Shown here in pieces: positions 11,280 through 23,400 of a stretch of DNA of 64,000 bases. The stretch is from an uncultured Bacteroidota bacterium. Lineage in GTDB: Bacteria > Bacteroidota > Ignavibacteria > UBA10030 > UBA6906. The stretch is taken from contig CAVOYH010000003.1 in NCBI GenBank assembly GCA_963700635.1, forward strand, positions 1 to 64,000, in the 5' to 3' direction. Within the stretch, counting starts at the first letter, position 1. Each line of letters starts with the position of its first letter. The notes below the pieces were generated by a model, which was not told the DNA's origin, did no database searches, and saw nothing but the letters and a program-made list of their open reading frames with translations. A program made the position numbers and the translations under genes.

Positions 11280-11882
11280 CTACTTCCAGGCGTAGGCCCA
11301 CACGGAGATGGCGAACTTCTCCACGTCGGTCAGGTCGAAGGCGCCGGCGTCGATGGCGTCCTGGCTCGACACCATCATCCCCTTCATCAGGTAGGTCACC
11401 GATCCTGGGTTCCCCCAGGAGCCGGTCTCGACGGCTGAGTAGTCCTCGAGCAGCACCCGGTAGCCGTCCTTGGTGAAACGCCAGTAGTCCTTGGGCATGC
11501 GGTGCTCGGCGATGAGGAACGGGGAGCTCGTGATGAGGCAGCCGCCCGGCTTCAGGATGCGGCGCACCTCCTCGACCGCGATCCAAGGTCGGGCAACGTG
11601 TTCCAGGATCTCATCGAGGATGACGAGATCGAACTCGTCGGCCCGGTAGGACGAGAGGTCCTGCACGTCGATGGCGGGCGCGTTCGGCGCCACCTCGTAG
11701 GCGATCCCATCGAGCAACTCGGCGAGGAAGCCGTTGCTGCCGCCGAACTCGATGGCCTTGAGCCCTTCGTCGAACCTCGGGGCGATGTGTGGCGGACGAA
11801 CTCGATGTGGCTCAGGTACAGCGCGCAGCGCGGAGTACTGCTGCGCGCGAACCTCGGCGGGGACATCCGTGGGTGAGATCAT
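11280..11882 (-). CDS. class I SAM-dependent methyltransferase
   Basis: AIEFGGS, FDLVILDEILEHV, EVRRILKPGGCLITSSPF, DYWRFT. Confidence 0.85.
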   Translation of the reverse strand: MISPTDVPAEVRAQQYSALRAVPEPHRVRPPHIAPRFDEGLKAIEFGGSNGFLAELLDGIAYEVAPNAPAIDVQDLSSYRADEFDLVILDEILEHVARPWIAVEEVRRILKPGGCLITSSPFLIAEHRMPKDYWRFTKDGYRVLLEDYSAVETGSWGNPGSVTYLMKGMMVSSQDAIDAGAFDLTDVEKFAISVWAYAWK

Positions 11883-11885
11883 TGA

Positions 11886-12489
11886 CTACAGCTCCTCTGC
11901 TTCCAGGAACGACACGACCGGCCCGATCGTCACATCGACGATTTCGGTCGAGGCTGTGAGATGCCGTTCGAGAGGCACAGCACGGTCACGTTGGGGATTC
12001 GCGAGTCGAGCCGGAAGTGGCGCTCTCGCAACGAGAACTGGATGTGGAAGTCTCCGATCAGGGCCGCGATCCCGTTCTCCTGTTTGAACTGGTCGAGGAG
12101 GTCGGTGTCGAACCGGTCCTTCTCCGGTCGGGGAAGGTGGGTCGAGCGGCGAGGGACGAGGGACTTGAGCCAGCGGCGCCTGACGCGGTGGAAGTGCTGG
12201 GCGTTCGAAGGCTCCCGGAGGTCGAAGATCGCCGACGGCTCGACCGTGATGGCGGCCTCGATCACGGCCACCGTGGACTCGTCGAACTCCTGGTCGAGCT
12301 TGTCCCAGGCCTTGCACCTGGCCCACTGCGCTGCGCTGGTCCTCGGGTCGTCGAGGCCTTCGATGAAGAAGTAGGTGCCCTCGCCCAGCCAGTCGTCGGG
12401 GTTGTCGCTCGGGTAGATGCCCGATGTCACGGATGGATTCGACGCGTCGATGCGAGGGTGCCGTGGAATCCACGGTAGGTGGTCGTCAT
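11886..12489 (-). CDS. putative PARP-like ADP-ribosyltransferase-fold protein (frameshifted)
   Basis: Reconstructed MTTTYRGFHGT...ESIR..GIYPSDNPDDWLGEGTYFF, a HGT...WLGxGxYF pattern. Its ATG overlaps the upstream stop codon (ATGA). Confidence 0.55.
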
Positions 12490-12988
12490 GTCGCCCCAGG
12501 ACGGCGATCAGATTCAATGGGTGAGCGAGGATCTCGGCCGAGGGAGGGTACGTGGGAGCGTCGGCCCACCCGGCGCCGAGAAAGCGGACTTCGGCGCGAT
12601 GCGCAGGCCCGGTGGTCGACGAGATCGTCTCCGATGTAGAGCGGCTGGCCAGGAGGTGTCCCGAGCGTTCGGATCGCCAGGCGAGGAGGCTCAGGATGCT
12701 GGCTTGATGCCTGGCCACGTCCTCGTAACGTCACCATCACGTCGAACTCGACATGCGGGAGGGACCGTCGAGCATCTTCTCGACATACCAGCGTGGCGAG
12801 CTGGTGACGACACCAGTTCGGACGTCGGGGGTTTGGAGCACGGCATCGGCGACGCCGTCGTAGCAGTGCGAGCCGGCGAAGTCGGGGAGCAGATGAGGTC
12901 GCATGGTTCGGTACCGTGTCGCACCCTCGAAGTACTCTGTCGGGAGCATAGTCTCATCGAGATCCCACATGACCAAGTCGATCATGAT
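12486..12988 (-). CDS. HAD-family phosphatase (frameshifted)
   Basis: Motif I WDLDETM, motif II GVVTSS, motif IV LYIGDDLVD, then GAGW. Confidence 0.75.
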
Positions 12989-13883
12989 GTTCCGGGTCCA
13001 CCCCCTCAACCCTGCCAGCCCGCTGTCCGACGGATGCTACACGTGGTGGACAGTCGAGTTGCCACTTTGTTGGGGCTACTCGAGGACGAACGACCGCGAG
13101 GGACTCGGCCGCTCCGGGCGTGCGGCCAGGAGTCGATGGGAGCTGTCGGCCACGTCGGCAGGTTCGCGTCGAACGGTCAAGCCCGCGCACTCGCAGAGGA
13201 ATGCTCCTGCCGCGACGTCCCAGGCGCTGAAGTCCATCTCGTAATAGGCGGCATCGAAGCGTCCGAGACGCGGTCCATGCCAGGCCGAGCGCCGGGCTAC
13301 CGGGGCTGCGGACCTTGCCGACTCGGTGGATCAGTGATCCAGCAACGTGGCCCTGGCGACGACCGGAGGAGCGCGGTCCCCACCCGACGGCGACCATCGC
13401 CGCCGACAGGGAAGGAGGTGGTCCGAGGGACGTCCGCGAGCCGTTGAGCAAGACCCCGGAGTCCGCCGTCGCTGAGATCACCTCGCCGCCCGGCGGGAAG
13501 GCGACGACGCCGGCCAGAACCCCACGAGCGTCCATCGCCGCGAGTGAGATCGACCAGATCGGGATGCCGCGGGCGAAGTTGGCGGTGCTGTCGATCGGGT
13601 CGAGCACCCAGGAGACCCCGGAGGTTCCTTCGATCGATGTTCCTTCCTCAGCCAGCATCCCGTCGGCTGGCCGGTTCGACGGGGGCACCGTCGCGCACCG
13701 AACGCGCTCACTGGCGAGGTCTGCGTCGGTGACGACGTCTGCCGGCGAGCCCTTGGTGGAGATGCGGAGGTCGCTGGCCCCGAAGCGGTCGCGTAGGACA
13801 TCTGCTGCTCCGCGCACGGCTCGCTCCCCGAGCACTCGCAGGGTCTCTGCCAACTGGATCGGATCAGGCTGGGTGTGAGTCAT
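12985..13883 (-). CDS. inositol monophosphatase family protein (3' part frameshifted; end approximate)
   Basis: TKGSPADVVTDADLASE, MLAEEG, WVLDPIDSTANFARGIPIWSISLA. Confidence 0.85.
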
Positions 13884-13975
13884 CTTGACCGCAAGGATCC
13901 CGCACGTCGCGTGCACACGCGAGGTGGTGCAGCGCACGATCCAAGGACTGCGACCCGGGCGGCACCTGTCCGTCG

Positions 13976-15195
13976 ATGTCGAATACGGTCGCTGCTGTGG
14001 GTCGCATCGAGAAGGAACTGAGAGCGGTCGTCGCCGAGGCGATCGGACGGCAGCTTCGAAATCAGCGCGCCGCTCGGCGACGAGTCCGAGGATCAGCGGG
14101 CACAGCGCATCACTGCGCACCAGCTCGTCAAGGACGCACTCGCCGGAGGGCAGTTCGGTGCCATCACCGTCTCGGATCTCCATTCCTTCGCGGCGACGCG
14201 GCGATGCTCGTCACCGCGTCGACACCACGCTGACCTTCGTGGTGAAGGTCAACCGATCGCCATGGCTCGTCGGCGGAGGCCCACCGTCTCCGCTCCGCAT
14301 CCACGGACCCGCGGCTGCCCGAGGCGACGCGCCACACGTTCCCTCAGATCTTCGCCGTCGATGACGTCGGTCCGATCTACGGCTACCTGATGGAGAGCCT
14401 GGAGGACTACGCCACCTTCGCATCCCTGCTGGTCGACGATGACCCGGCGATGCGGGAGCGGGTCCTTGAAGCGGCGTGGAACGATGTCCTGGCTCCGGCC
14501 TACCTGGCAACACGCCAGAAGCGCGTGATCCCCAACGTCGTCGAGGACTACTTCGTTCGAGCCGAGAGTCGTCTCCGCCGGGCGGTCGAGCGGGGCCTGC
14601 TCCCGGCACCGGACACCCCCGTCGTGATCCGCTCCGGTGGCGTGGCGATCGAGATCCCGACCGGCTGGGGGCCGCAACTCGACGACGCCCGAGTGCGACT
14701 CGAGCAGGTCGCCCCGCCCTTCAGCACGTTCGTTCACGGCGACCCGAACCCGGAGAACATCCGGTGGGGCCGGACCGACGACGGCGAGCCCCGTGTGCGC
14801 CTGATCGACCCCAAGGACTGGGGTCACGGCGATTACCTCTTCGATGCAGCCAAGATCGGGCACTACCTGTGTGTCACCAGCCCGGTAGAGCACGACGATC
14901 CACCGGTAGAGGTCTCACTCGCTGCGGCGACCTCGATCGAGTACGACCGAGAGGTACTCACGGCCCATAGGCAGCTCGAGTCGAGCTTCCAGAATCTCGT
15001 CGCCGTCACTGCCGAAGACCACGCCCTTCCCGACCACGAGCGTTGGCGGGATCGCTACGAGCTGGCGACGGCCGCGAACCTGCTCGGGATCGTGGACGGG
15101 TTGCCCGAGCGGGCTGCCGACGGCGGACCGGCGACCAGGACTTCACCCTCGGCTGGATCGCCTTCGCCGAGGGTCTCCGCCGGTTGCTCGGCTGA
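13976..15195 (+). CDS. APH/choline-kinase-like phosphotransferase (frameshifted)
   Basis: FVVK, GYLMESL, FVHGDPNPENI, RLIDPK, GDYLFDAAK. Confidence 0.75.
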
Positions 15196-15926
15196 TGCGG
15201 AGAATCCAGTTCCACCTGACTTGGACCTGGCCGCCCTCGAAGTGATCCGCGTCAGCCCGGCGAGTCACCCTGGCCCTCGACGTTCGGCATCACGTCGCTG
15301 AGTTCGGCCTCGAACGTTCTGTCGATGTGTGATGGCGGGACCACCCCGGCTCCGTGCTGCTGACGATGAGACGAGCGTCGCCGATAGTCGATCTTCCACA
15401 CGCCTACTTGTTCGAGGGAGTGGAGAGCGACTGACCGATCGCTCACGTACCAGGTCGGATGGTCTGGATGCCTGTCGGCGATCTCGACGCAGCGATACAG
15501 CTTGGGTTTGTCGTACTCGTCGCGGTCATCCGACAAATGGCCCCTCAGTTGCGGCGCGAGCCGGCGATCGTCAATGAGGACGGAGGCGGCCGAGGCGCGC
15601 ACCACTTCGGCTGAGATCGCATAGATCGCGGCCACCGGGCCGACCTCGTGTTGGCGTCGAGTACTCGATGAGGTAGATCTGCGTCAGCAGTTCGTCGTCC
15701 CCGATGAGGAGGCCGTCGTTCCCCCGAAGGGTTCCGAAGTAGCGGCCCAGGTCGGAGCCGTGACGGCAGAAGTGATCGACCTCACGGAAGAAGGCGTAGC
15801 AGTTGGCCGCCTGCACCTCTGCGACTGCGGTACCAGCCGGCCTGACGCGGACCCCGACTTCGCGTTGACGGTTGCCTGAGCTGGAGGGCTTGGGGATGCT
15901 GGTCGCTCTGATCCTCGAGGAGAGGG

Positions 15927-16246
15927 ATGAGCGAGAAGAAGAAGTACCGGAGTTTCACGCCGGAGCAGAAGGCCGAGATCGTGCTGGCTGGGCTGCGCGG
16001 CGATCGGACGGTTCGCGACGTCTGTCGTGAGCACGAGATCGCCGAGACGCTCTACTACCAGTGGCGTGATCGGCTGTTGGAGGGCGGCAAGGCGGCGTTG
16101 TCGACGAGTCGGGACAAGGGCGGCTCGCCCGAGGCAGCCGAGCTGAAGGACTGCGCAAGAAGCGCATCGCCCAGCTGGAGCGGGCGCTCGGCCGCAAGAC
16201 CTATGAGTTGGAGGTTGCGGGGGAACTCTCGCGGGACTGGACGTGA
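15927..16246 (+). CDS. IS3-family transposase OrfA (HTH)
   Basis: MSEKKKYRSFTPEQKAEIVLAGLRGDRTVRDVCREHEIAETLYYQWRDRLLEGG, followed by a coiled coil. Confidence 0.85.
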
Positions 16247-17103
16247 GGGTCCGTGTGTCCAGAGCCCGCGCCGTGGTCGCCCACGGACACCGCCCGGCCG
16301 TCGTGGCCCGGGTGGCCGGCATCAGCCGCCAGGCGATCTACCGCACCCCGACACAACGCCCGGCGAAGGCCGGGCCGCCGTGGATGCGCCCGGGTGACGC
16401 CGGGATCGTCGAGGTCGCTCGGGCGAACCCGACCGACGGCACCCGCATGGTCGCCGCGATCGCGTCCCGGGAGCTCGGCGAGGCGGTGAACCGCAAGCGG
16501 GCCCAGCGGGTCATGCGAGAGCACCAGCTGCTGCAACCCGTCCGGGTCTCGACCGGCGCCGCCGGCCGGGCTTCTTCCGGGTGCACCGACCCGACGAGCT
16601 GTGGCACATGGACATGACCAAGGTCTGGATCGCCCAGCACGGCTGGGTCTACCTGCACGTCATCGTCGACTGCTGCACCCGCGAGGTCACCGGCTGGCGA
16701 CTCGACCTGCGCACCCGACCCGAGCGAAGCGATCGGCTGTGTCGAGCAGGCGATCACCACCAGGGCGGTCCCCGCCGGGGTGCTCACGCTCGGCACCGAC
16801 AACGGCAGCCAGTTCACCTCGCGGGACTTCCGCCGCCACCTCTCCGCGCGAGGCGTCACGCATCGGCGCGGCGGCTACCGCGACCCCGAGTCCCAGGCGT
16901 TCATCGAGTCCTGGTTCGGGCAGTTCAAGAAGCGATGCGCCTGGAGAGCCGAGTGGGAAACCCTCGACCAGGCCAGAAAGGAGATCAGCGACTACATCGA
17001 CCGCTACCACCACCGGCCCCACTCCGGGCTGGCCTACCGGACACCCGCCGAGGTCGCCGCGACCTGGCGAGACACGCAAGACCTACACAACGAAGCGACC
17101 TGA
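16243..17103 (+). CDS. IS3-family transposase OrfB (DDE; frameshifted)
   Basis: VNRKRAQRVMR, WHMDMT, TDNGSQF, FIESWFGQFK, YHHRPHSGLAYRTP. Confidence 0.9.
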
Positions 17104-17833
17104 ACCGACAACGCGAACGGGGTCCACATTCTCACGGCCCGTGCTCCCTCAGGACGGTGGTGCGTATAAGAACGGAAGGAAGGTAGATGAACGGCCGAAC
17201 CTTGGGAACGAAGCCAAGTTCGGCGGCAATCTGCCAGAGTCGCGAGCACGACTTCGAGGAAGGCGGCGCTGCCCGTGCCACCCATGGGCGAGCACACGAT
17301 GTACACCGCGATCGTCGGCTCCGGCAGTTCGTCGGAGGCGAGTCGATACGTGTTGCCGGCGTTCAACGCCCCAACTCATCGCGCGCCGGATGAGGTCGCC
17401 GACGTGGTCGCGCTTCCGGTGAACGGCGAGTCGGCCGAGCATTCGTTGGGCCTTCAAACCTTGGCTGAGCGGGCCTCGGTCGACCGACCGCGTGTACGAG
17501 GGATCCCACGGCTTCGGAGGACCGGATCCAGCTCGACTCGATCTCTCAGGTAGGCCGACGGGGTGAAGGGGTCGGCGGTCAGGTCCAGGTACTCGGTCAT
17601 CGCGGACGGTGAGCCTTCCGGCAGCGGAGGGCTCTGGAGCGCAACCGACACTGCGTCGATTCCGAGGAACTCGACACCGTCGAGCGACTCGGCGAACCGA
17701 TCCTGCATCAGTCCGCGCGGCCGGGAGACTGTCTGGATCCCGCTTCCGCCCAGCCCGATGAAGACGGCTGGAGGACCTGTTCGGGGGCACGGACCGCTGG
17801 TCATGCGCTCAAGGAGATGGGTGACCGCTCGTG

Positions 17834-18280
17834 TCACGGAGCAATTGCTGAACCCACGTGTGGGACGGCCCGAGGACAGCGGCGATGTTCGCGAAGGCTG
17901 AGCCCGTCGGTCACCAGCGCCGCGCTGATGGTCATGTGGCTGGGTGAACAGCAGGGCGAGCTCGGCGGCGTCGCTGCGTGCTCGGGTTGCCTCGGCGACC
18001 GCATCGCGGGACGACTCCCGGCATCGACGAGGTCGATGATCTCCGAATCGCGATGACCCTTCTGGAAGATGGCCGACCGCAGCTGCTCCTGGACAGCCGT
18101 GAGGCTTGGCCGGCCGCGTGGATCTCCGGTGACTCCTCCACGAAAGCCCGCCATAGGAGGTCTTCCTGGCGCTGGTAGTGAGCGGTGAGCCGTTCCACTG
18201 ATCCGACCTTACCTTCTGGCAAACCTACTTGCCAGCCACTGGACGACCGTCTGTACACTTGTCGCCGATGGCGCACTCCT
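17834..18280 (-). CDS. hypothetical protein upstream of the short tubulin paralog (frameshifted; ends approximate)
   Basis: Protein-like pieces SVERLTAHYQRQEDLLWRAFVEESPEIH and LTAVQEQLRSAIFQKGHRDSEIIDLVDAG. Confidence 0.35.
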
Positions 18281-18397
18281 CGAGACCTCGCTACGCCCGA
18301 CCCTCCCGGCTTGCCCGTGTACAGTCGGCGTGCGCGAGCGAGGAGGGGTGGGCGAGGTGGACAGGTGGAAGACGGGCCGCGACCTGCGGCAGCACCG

Positions 18398-20033
18398 ATG
18401 ACGCAGGGATCCTCCCGAGGGTGCGGAGGTTCTTCGGTTCGCGCGGTAGTGCTGCTCCTCTCAGCCGGCCGTTGCCCTGGTGCCGGTCGGCCCGGCTGGG
18501 GCTCAGAGCGAAGCGCAGGGCGACGAGGTTTCCTCATCGATCGACGAGTTGTTCACGTTGTTCGGCGTCGACGCCGTCGACGCGGACTTCGTCGTCGTCG
18601 TGGACACCTCCGGAAGTATGTCGCGGGGGAGAACCCGCCCTACCCGGCGGTCCTCAGCGCCTGCCAGTCCTTGGTCGACTCCATCCCTGAGGGTGACAAC
18701 CTCTCGGTCCTCACCTTCGACTCGTCACCCAATCTCGCTTTCCAGGGTGAGATCTCCTCGGAGACTCGGGAGCAGGCGAAGGCAGCGTTGCCACCCGAGG
18801 CACGAGGGCAGGCCACCGACATCGGCTCGGCGATCGATGCGACCCTCCGCCGACTCGAGCGCGCAGACGCTTCCGACGTCCAACTCGTGCTCTTCCTCAC
18901 CGACGGACAACACCAACCCGCAGCCGGGAGCGCCTACCCGGGCACGACCGGACCGGAGTGGGACGCACTCCGTCCGCGTGCCCAGGCGGTCGACGCGAGC
19001 CACGACACCCTCGTGCTCGGTGTCGGTCTCGGCGACCAGGGGGCTGGCGGGATCGAGCTGCTGCGCCAGGTGTTCGGCAACCCAGAGATCAACAGCCTCC
19101 CGCCGGAGCAGCTGCCCGACTTCTTCCGAGAGTCCGTCCGTCGCAGCCAGGTCGCGCGCTTGGCGACGCTGGTGGACGAAGAGCTGGCGAACGGCGTCGA
19201 CGTGACGTCGAGCAGCTCACCGCGATTGGCCGATCCGATCGAGGTCGAGGTCGAGATCACGTCGAACCTCGAGAAGCTCCCCGTCGACGTGACGATCGCA
19301 GGGGTTCAGGTCGAGGACGCCAAGGGTGATCCGGTCGAGGCTGAGATCGTGGGGGACCGTTCGCTGCGCATCGGACCCGACAGCACGACCACGGTGACCG
19401 TTCGGATGGCGCCGCAGGTCGAGGACCCTGGGTTCAAGGTCCCCCCCGTCACCGAGGAGGACCAGTTCGACGTCACCCTCGACGCCACCTATCAGGTGCT
19501 CCCGAAGGATCTCCTCGCCCGCGTCACCACCACGCCGACGACGGGGACCGTCGGCGGCACGCACGTCGTCGACGCCAGTCGGACCTTCGGTCGGCCATGC
19601 GCAGTTGTCTCCCTTCCCGGCGTCCTGCTGCTCCTCGTATTCATCCTGCTGTGGCTCTATCACCGCTTCATCCAGCTCCCGAGACTCGTCGGGGTCTTCG
19701 TGGTGGACAACGACCGGTGTCGATGCCGACCGCGCAGTCATCCCCCTCAAGGGCAAGCGTCAGCGACTCACCGCCAAGGATGTCCCGGGCGCCGGGCGGG
19801 GCCAAGGTCGAGGTGCTTCACCCGTCGCGGCAAGCCGAAGCGGGTGTATGCGAGGGTCGAGACCCCTCCCTTCTTCGAGGTCGAGGACCGTCGTCGCGAG
19901 AAGGTCATCACCGAGGAGACACGAGATACGGGTCAATCGTTATCGACTCGGGGGTGGCAGGATGAAGTTCCGGCCGAAGGCGCCGAGCGTGATTGATCTA
20001 CGGGGGCGGGAGAACCAAGCGAGGGAACCTTGA
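18398..20033 (+). CDS. secreted, membrane-anchored vWA-domain protein (frameshifted)
   Basis: Signal-like N-terminus, MIDAS VVDTSGSMS...TDIG...FLTDG, an Ig-like beta region, TM helix VLLLLVFILLWLY, and a small cytoplasmic beta domain. Confidence 0.8.
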
Positions 20034-23000
20034 GCGGACGCAGGACAGCACTGGATGAGGTCGAGTTCGGTGCAGCACCGATCCGCGGGTTGGCCGATGG
20101 CGCGGCCCTTCGGCCGATCTCGGCTGCCGTCGTCATCGGCATCGGCGGCAGCGGCATCCAGACCATCACCCGTCTTGTTCCACCGTGCCGCTGACCGGCC
20201 CGATCAGGCTGCGATCGACTCGCTGAAGTTCCTCGGGGTCGACGCCGTCGACCTCACCTCGCAGCAGCCCCCGCTCCCCGATGGGGTCTCGCTCGATGTC
20301 GGTGAGTTCTTCAACGTCACCGAGGACCCCGTTCCAGGCGTCGGTCTACGTGCCGGGCAGCTCCCGACCGACACGTACCTCCAGCAGTGGTGGGACTCCG
20401 ACTCCGACCGCCGATGGGACCGATCACCGAGGGTCTCGACCGCGAGCGGATGCTCGGCCGATTGGCGTTCCATCGGGTACGCCAGGACCTGGTCACCAAG
20501 ATCGGCCACACCATGAGCGGGGCCATCTCGATCAGCCAGCACCTCGGCACCGGCGGCGCGACCAAGGGTCTCCCGACCATCCCGGTCTACATCGCCTGCT
20601 CCTCCGCTGGTGGCACCGGCAGCTCGGGCTTCCTCGAGATCGTGTTCGCCGTCTGGCAGGCCGCGCAGTCGGGCGGCTACTACCCCGAGATCCGTGCCTT
20701 CATCTACCTGCCGTCGGTGTTTCGCAACGCCGTGACCAAGGCGCCGGGTGGTCTCGTCGCCGCCAAGGCGCAGGAGGCGAACACGTATGCGTTCTTCCAC
20801 GAGGTCGATCACTTCTGTCGGTTCAGCTCCCACCTCGGACGGTACTTCGGTCGCCCTACGAGAACGGTGGACCCGACATCCCCGATGGCGACCTGCTGAA
20901 GCAGGTCTACGTCATCGACAACACGCTCGGGGCCAGGCGGCGATCTCGTCGATCGGGGACATCTTCGAGATCGCCGCCGAGGCGATGTACCACTTCACGC
21001 TCACCGACGTCGGCATGCCACTCGTGGGCGTCGACGCCACTAACACCGATCGTGCACTTGCCGACTTCGACGAGTTCGACAAGCCGCGCCGGTACTGCGG
21101 CCTCGGCATCGCCAGGGTGGTCTTCCCGCGGCGAGACGTTGCGGTATCACCTCGTCAGCGGCTACATCGATTGGTTCCTCCGCGAGTCTCTTCTCGCCGT
21201 GCCCAAGGGACTGAAGACGCTGGTCCGGGACCACGACATGGTCGCCAAGTTGGAGGACCGCTTCAACACGCTCGAGGGCGAAGCCGGCTCTCTCGATGTC
21301 GACGATGACGTCCAGGACTTTCTTGGACATCATCGAGGTGGCGACGAGTGAACTCGAGCGAATCCCGGAAGCCGCCGAGGCGGAGAAGCACATCCGCCAG
21401 GTCGAACGCCGGTCCCCAGGAGCGATCCGCTCCGTGCAGGAGACCGCCCGAGGTCGCAACCGTCTGATGCTGGACGCCACCGAGGACTTCATCGAGGAGA
21501 CCATCTTCCAGTCGGGCTACGGCGTGGCGTTCGCGTCCCGAGGCCCTCCCGCGTTCTGAGCAAGCAGCTCAACTCCATCCTCGATCGCGCCGAGGGCGAC
21601 AAGACCCAGCAGGTCGCCGGACCACGTGGACAGCGGAGGAGCAGGTTCGCAAGCTGCTGAAGGACCTCTACGCCGCCAGTCGACGCAACCTCCACGAAAG
21701 GATCGCCGCCCGACTCGCGGCCGTCGTGGGCAAGGACGAGACCAAGGCGGAGATCGCTGCCGCGCCTCGGCCGCGCCATCCAGGTCTGGGTCCAGGCCAT
21801 CTACGACGCCGAGATCGCCGAAGCCAGGCTCGACCTGTTCCAGCAGCTCAACCGTCGCGTGCAGACCATGCGCCTCGAGTTCGAGCGGGCCGAAGACGCG
21901 CCTGAACGAGTTGGCGGAGGCCGCCCGACGCCACTGGAGCCAGGACACGCTCCTTGGCAAGGACGCCCGGTCCCCTCGCCACGACGACGCTCCTGCCCGC
22001 CGATGCACAGCCGCAGGTCGAGGACTAGCGATGGCGGGTCAATGGCTGACCGACATCAAGGACGAACACGCCGAGGTGCTCACCGGCGAACCCCTCGTCG
22101 AGTTCCTCGGCCGCTGGTCGAGCGAGAACTCGAACCGAGGGTTCTTCTCGCTCGGCTCGGACAATGAGGGAGAGTCGACGACGGCGGAACGCTCGCTGGT
22201 TGCAGCGCTCCGGTACCGGACAGCGCGGAAACCGCCCGCTCTACACGACGGATCCTGACAGCGATGACCGACCCCGCCTTCCCGGGGATCTCAAGGCCGT
22301 CACGGCCCACGATCCCGACACACTCCAGCTTTGCGATCGACGGGCTCGTCAACGAGTCACGCTCGGTCTGCTGGTCCTGGGAGGAAGGTCGGCTGCGGCT
22401 GTCATCGCCCGGCGATGGCTTGGCGAGCGACGACGTCACGCCCACGGTCACCACGGTCATAGCGCATCCGCCGTCGCTGGCCGACGTGCTCACCGGCGCT
22501 GCCGCGGCGGAGACGAAAATGGTGGAGATGGCCGACGACGAGCGAGTCGTGGCCCTCAGCTGTGAGTGGGCGGTGCCAATCCACACGCTGCACCAGATGC
22601 ACGTGGCGCGCCTCCTACCGCCAGCAGGCGGAGAACCGCAGCCGAGGGAAGCGGGCCAGGACGCCGCCGATGCACATCGATCGTCGGTTCGAGTTCGAGC
22701 TCGAAGAGCTCGTCCCGGAGTACTTCGAGCCGGAGCGGATCGGGGAGATGCTCGGCCAAGCGCTGGTGTTCGGCTCGCTGCTCGGGTCGAAGAACGAACA
22801 GGTCCTCGACGGCTATGACCACAGTCGCACCCGGCCGGCAGCGCCGCTGCTGACCATCAAGCCCGATGGGAACTTCGAGGGTCACGTGATCCGGGTCGTC
22901 GATGACCGACTCGTCGCGGACGACGGGGCCATCCTGCTCGGTGATTCCTGGACGGACTGCTTCACCACACTCGGATCCGACTCCCGGATGCAAGCCTCCA

Positions 23001-23209
23001 TCGTCACCGTCTCCGAGTGGTTGATCCGGACCATCGGAGCGAGCGAACTGCGCCGCATCGTCGACTCGTACGTCGATGACAAGCTGGAAGCACTCATCGA
23101 CGCAGTGGAGAAGCAGTTCAAGGAGGAGAACGTCCTCCTCCATGTGCTCGAAGGCCTCCAAGGCTACTGGGAGATCCGACTCCAGAGCCTCACCGCCACG
23201 GGGATGTGA
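20030..23209 (+). CDS. large tubulin/FtsZ-like GTPase (Tubulin_2-type) with long helical C-terminal region (frameshifted)
   Basis: AVVIGIGGSGIQTI, KFLGVDAV, RMLGRLAF, CSSAGGTGSSGFLE, EANTYAFFHEVDHF. Roughly 1,050 codons in span. Confidence 0.8.
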
Positions 23210-23375
23210 CTCTGCCGGAGGATCTGCCAGCTCTGCTCATCGCCCACGACGGCCTCGGCGCGGCCGCCATCGGCAGGGTCAGATGGGTGATCGAAGGTTC
23301 GGGCGCATCGGTCGTTGGGTGCACCACGGACGAGTTCACCGGTGACCTCGTCGAGCCAGCCCTCGCCGAGGTGGC
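23206..23375 (+). CDS. N-terminal fragment of the next operon gene (possibly a degenerate tubulin-like Rossmann start), cut at the junction
   Basis: GTG overlaps the upstream TGA. PALLIAHDGLGAAAIGRVR has a strand / Gly-loop / helix pattern. Confidence 0.4.
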
Positions 23376-23400
23376 GGGAGGTGCGGGCAACTGGCGGTAG
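23360..23400. other. abrupt junction between two unrelated genomes (probable chimera or concatenation)
   Basis: GC content, codon style and frameshift density all change here. ORFs on both sides are cut. No IS, att site or integrase is visible. Confidence 0.85.

Larger units (their letters stand above)
15843..17134 (+). mobile_element. IS3-family insertion sequence (1,292 bp) with 5-bp target duplication CGGCC
   Basis: TG...CA ends. Imperfect IRs (ggaccccgacttcgcgttgacggtt vs aaccgacaacgcgaacggggtcc). CGGCC at 15838-15842 and 17135-17139. Contains orfA and orfB. Confidence 0.9.
15252..17804 (-). pseudogene. short tubulin-like (Tubulin_2-type) GTPase paralog interrupted by an IS3-family element
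   Basis: N-terminal part: AVFIGLGGSGIQTV, EFLGIDAV, RMLGRLA, CSPMGGTGSAAFLE. C-terminal part: QAANCYAFFREVDHF, DEYDKPKLY. Collinear with the 20030-23209 protein. Confidence 0.8.

Noticed and set aside
1-23375. Dozens of frameshifts suggesting mass pseudogenisation or programmed recoding
   Set aside because: Indels hit nearly every gene, including the recent IS, while motifs stay intact and in-frame stops are rare. This is typical of unpolished long-read error.
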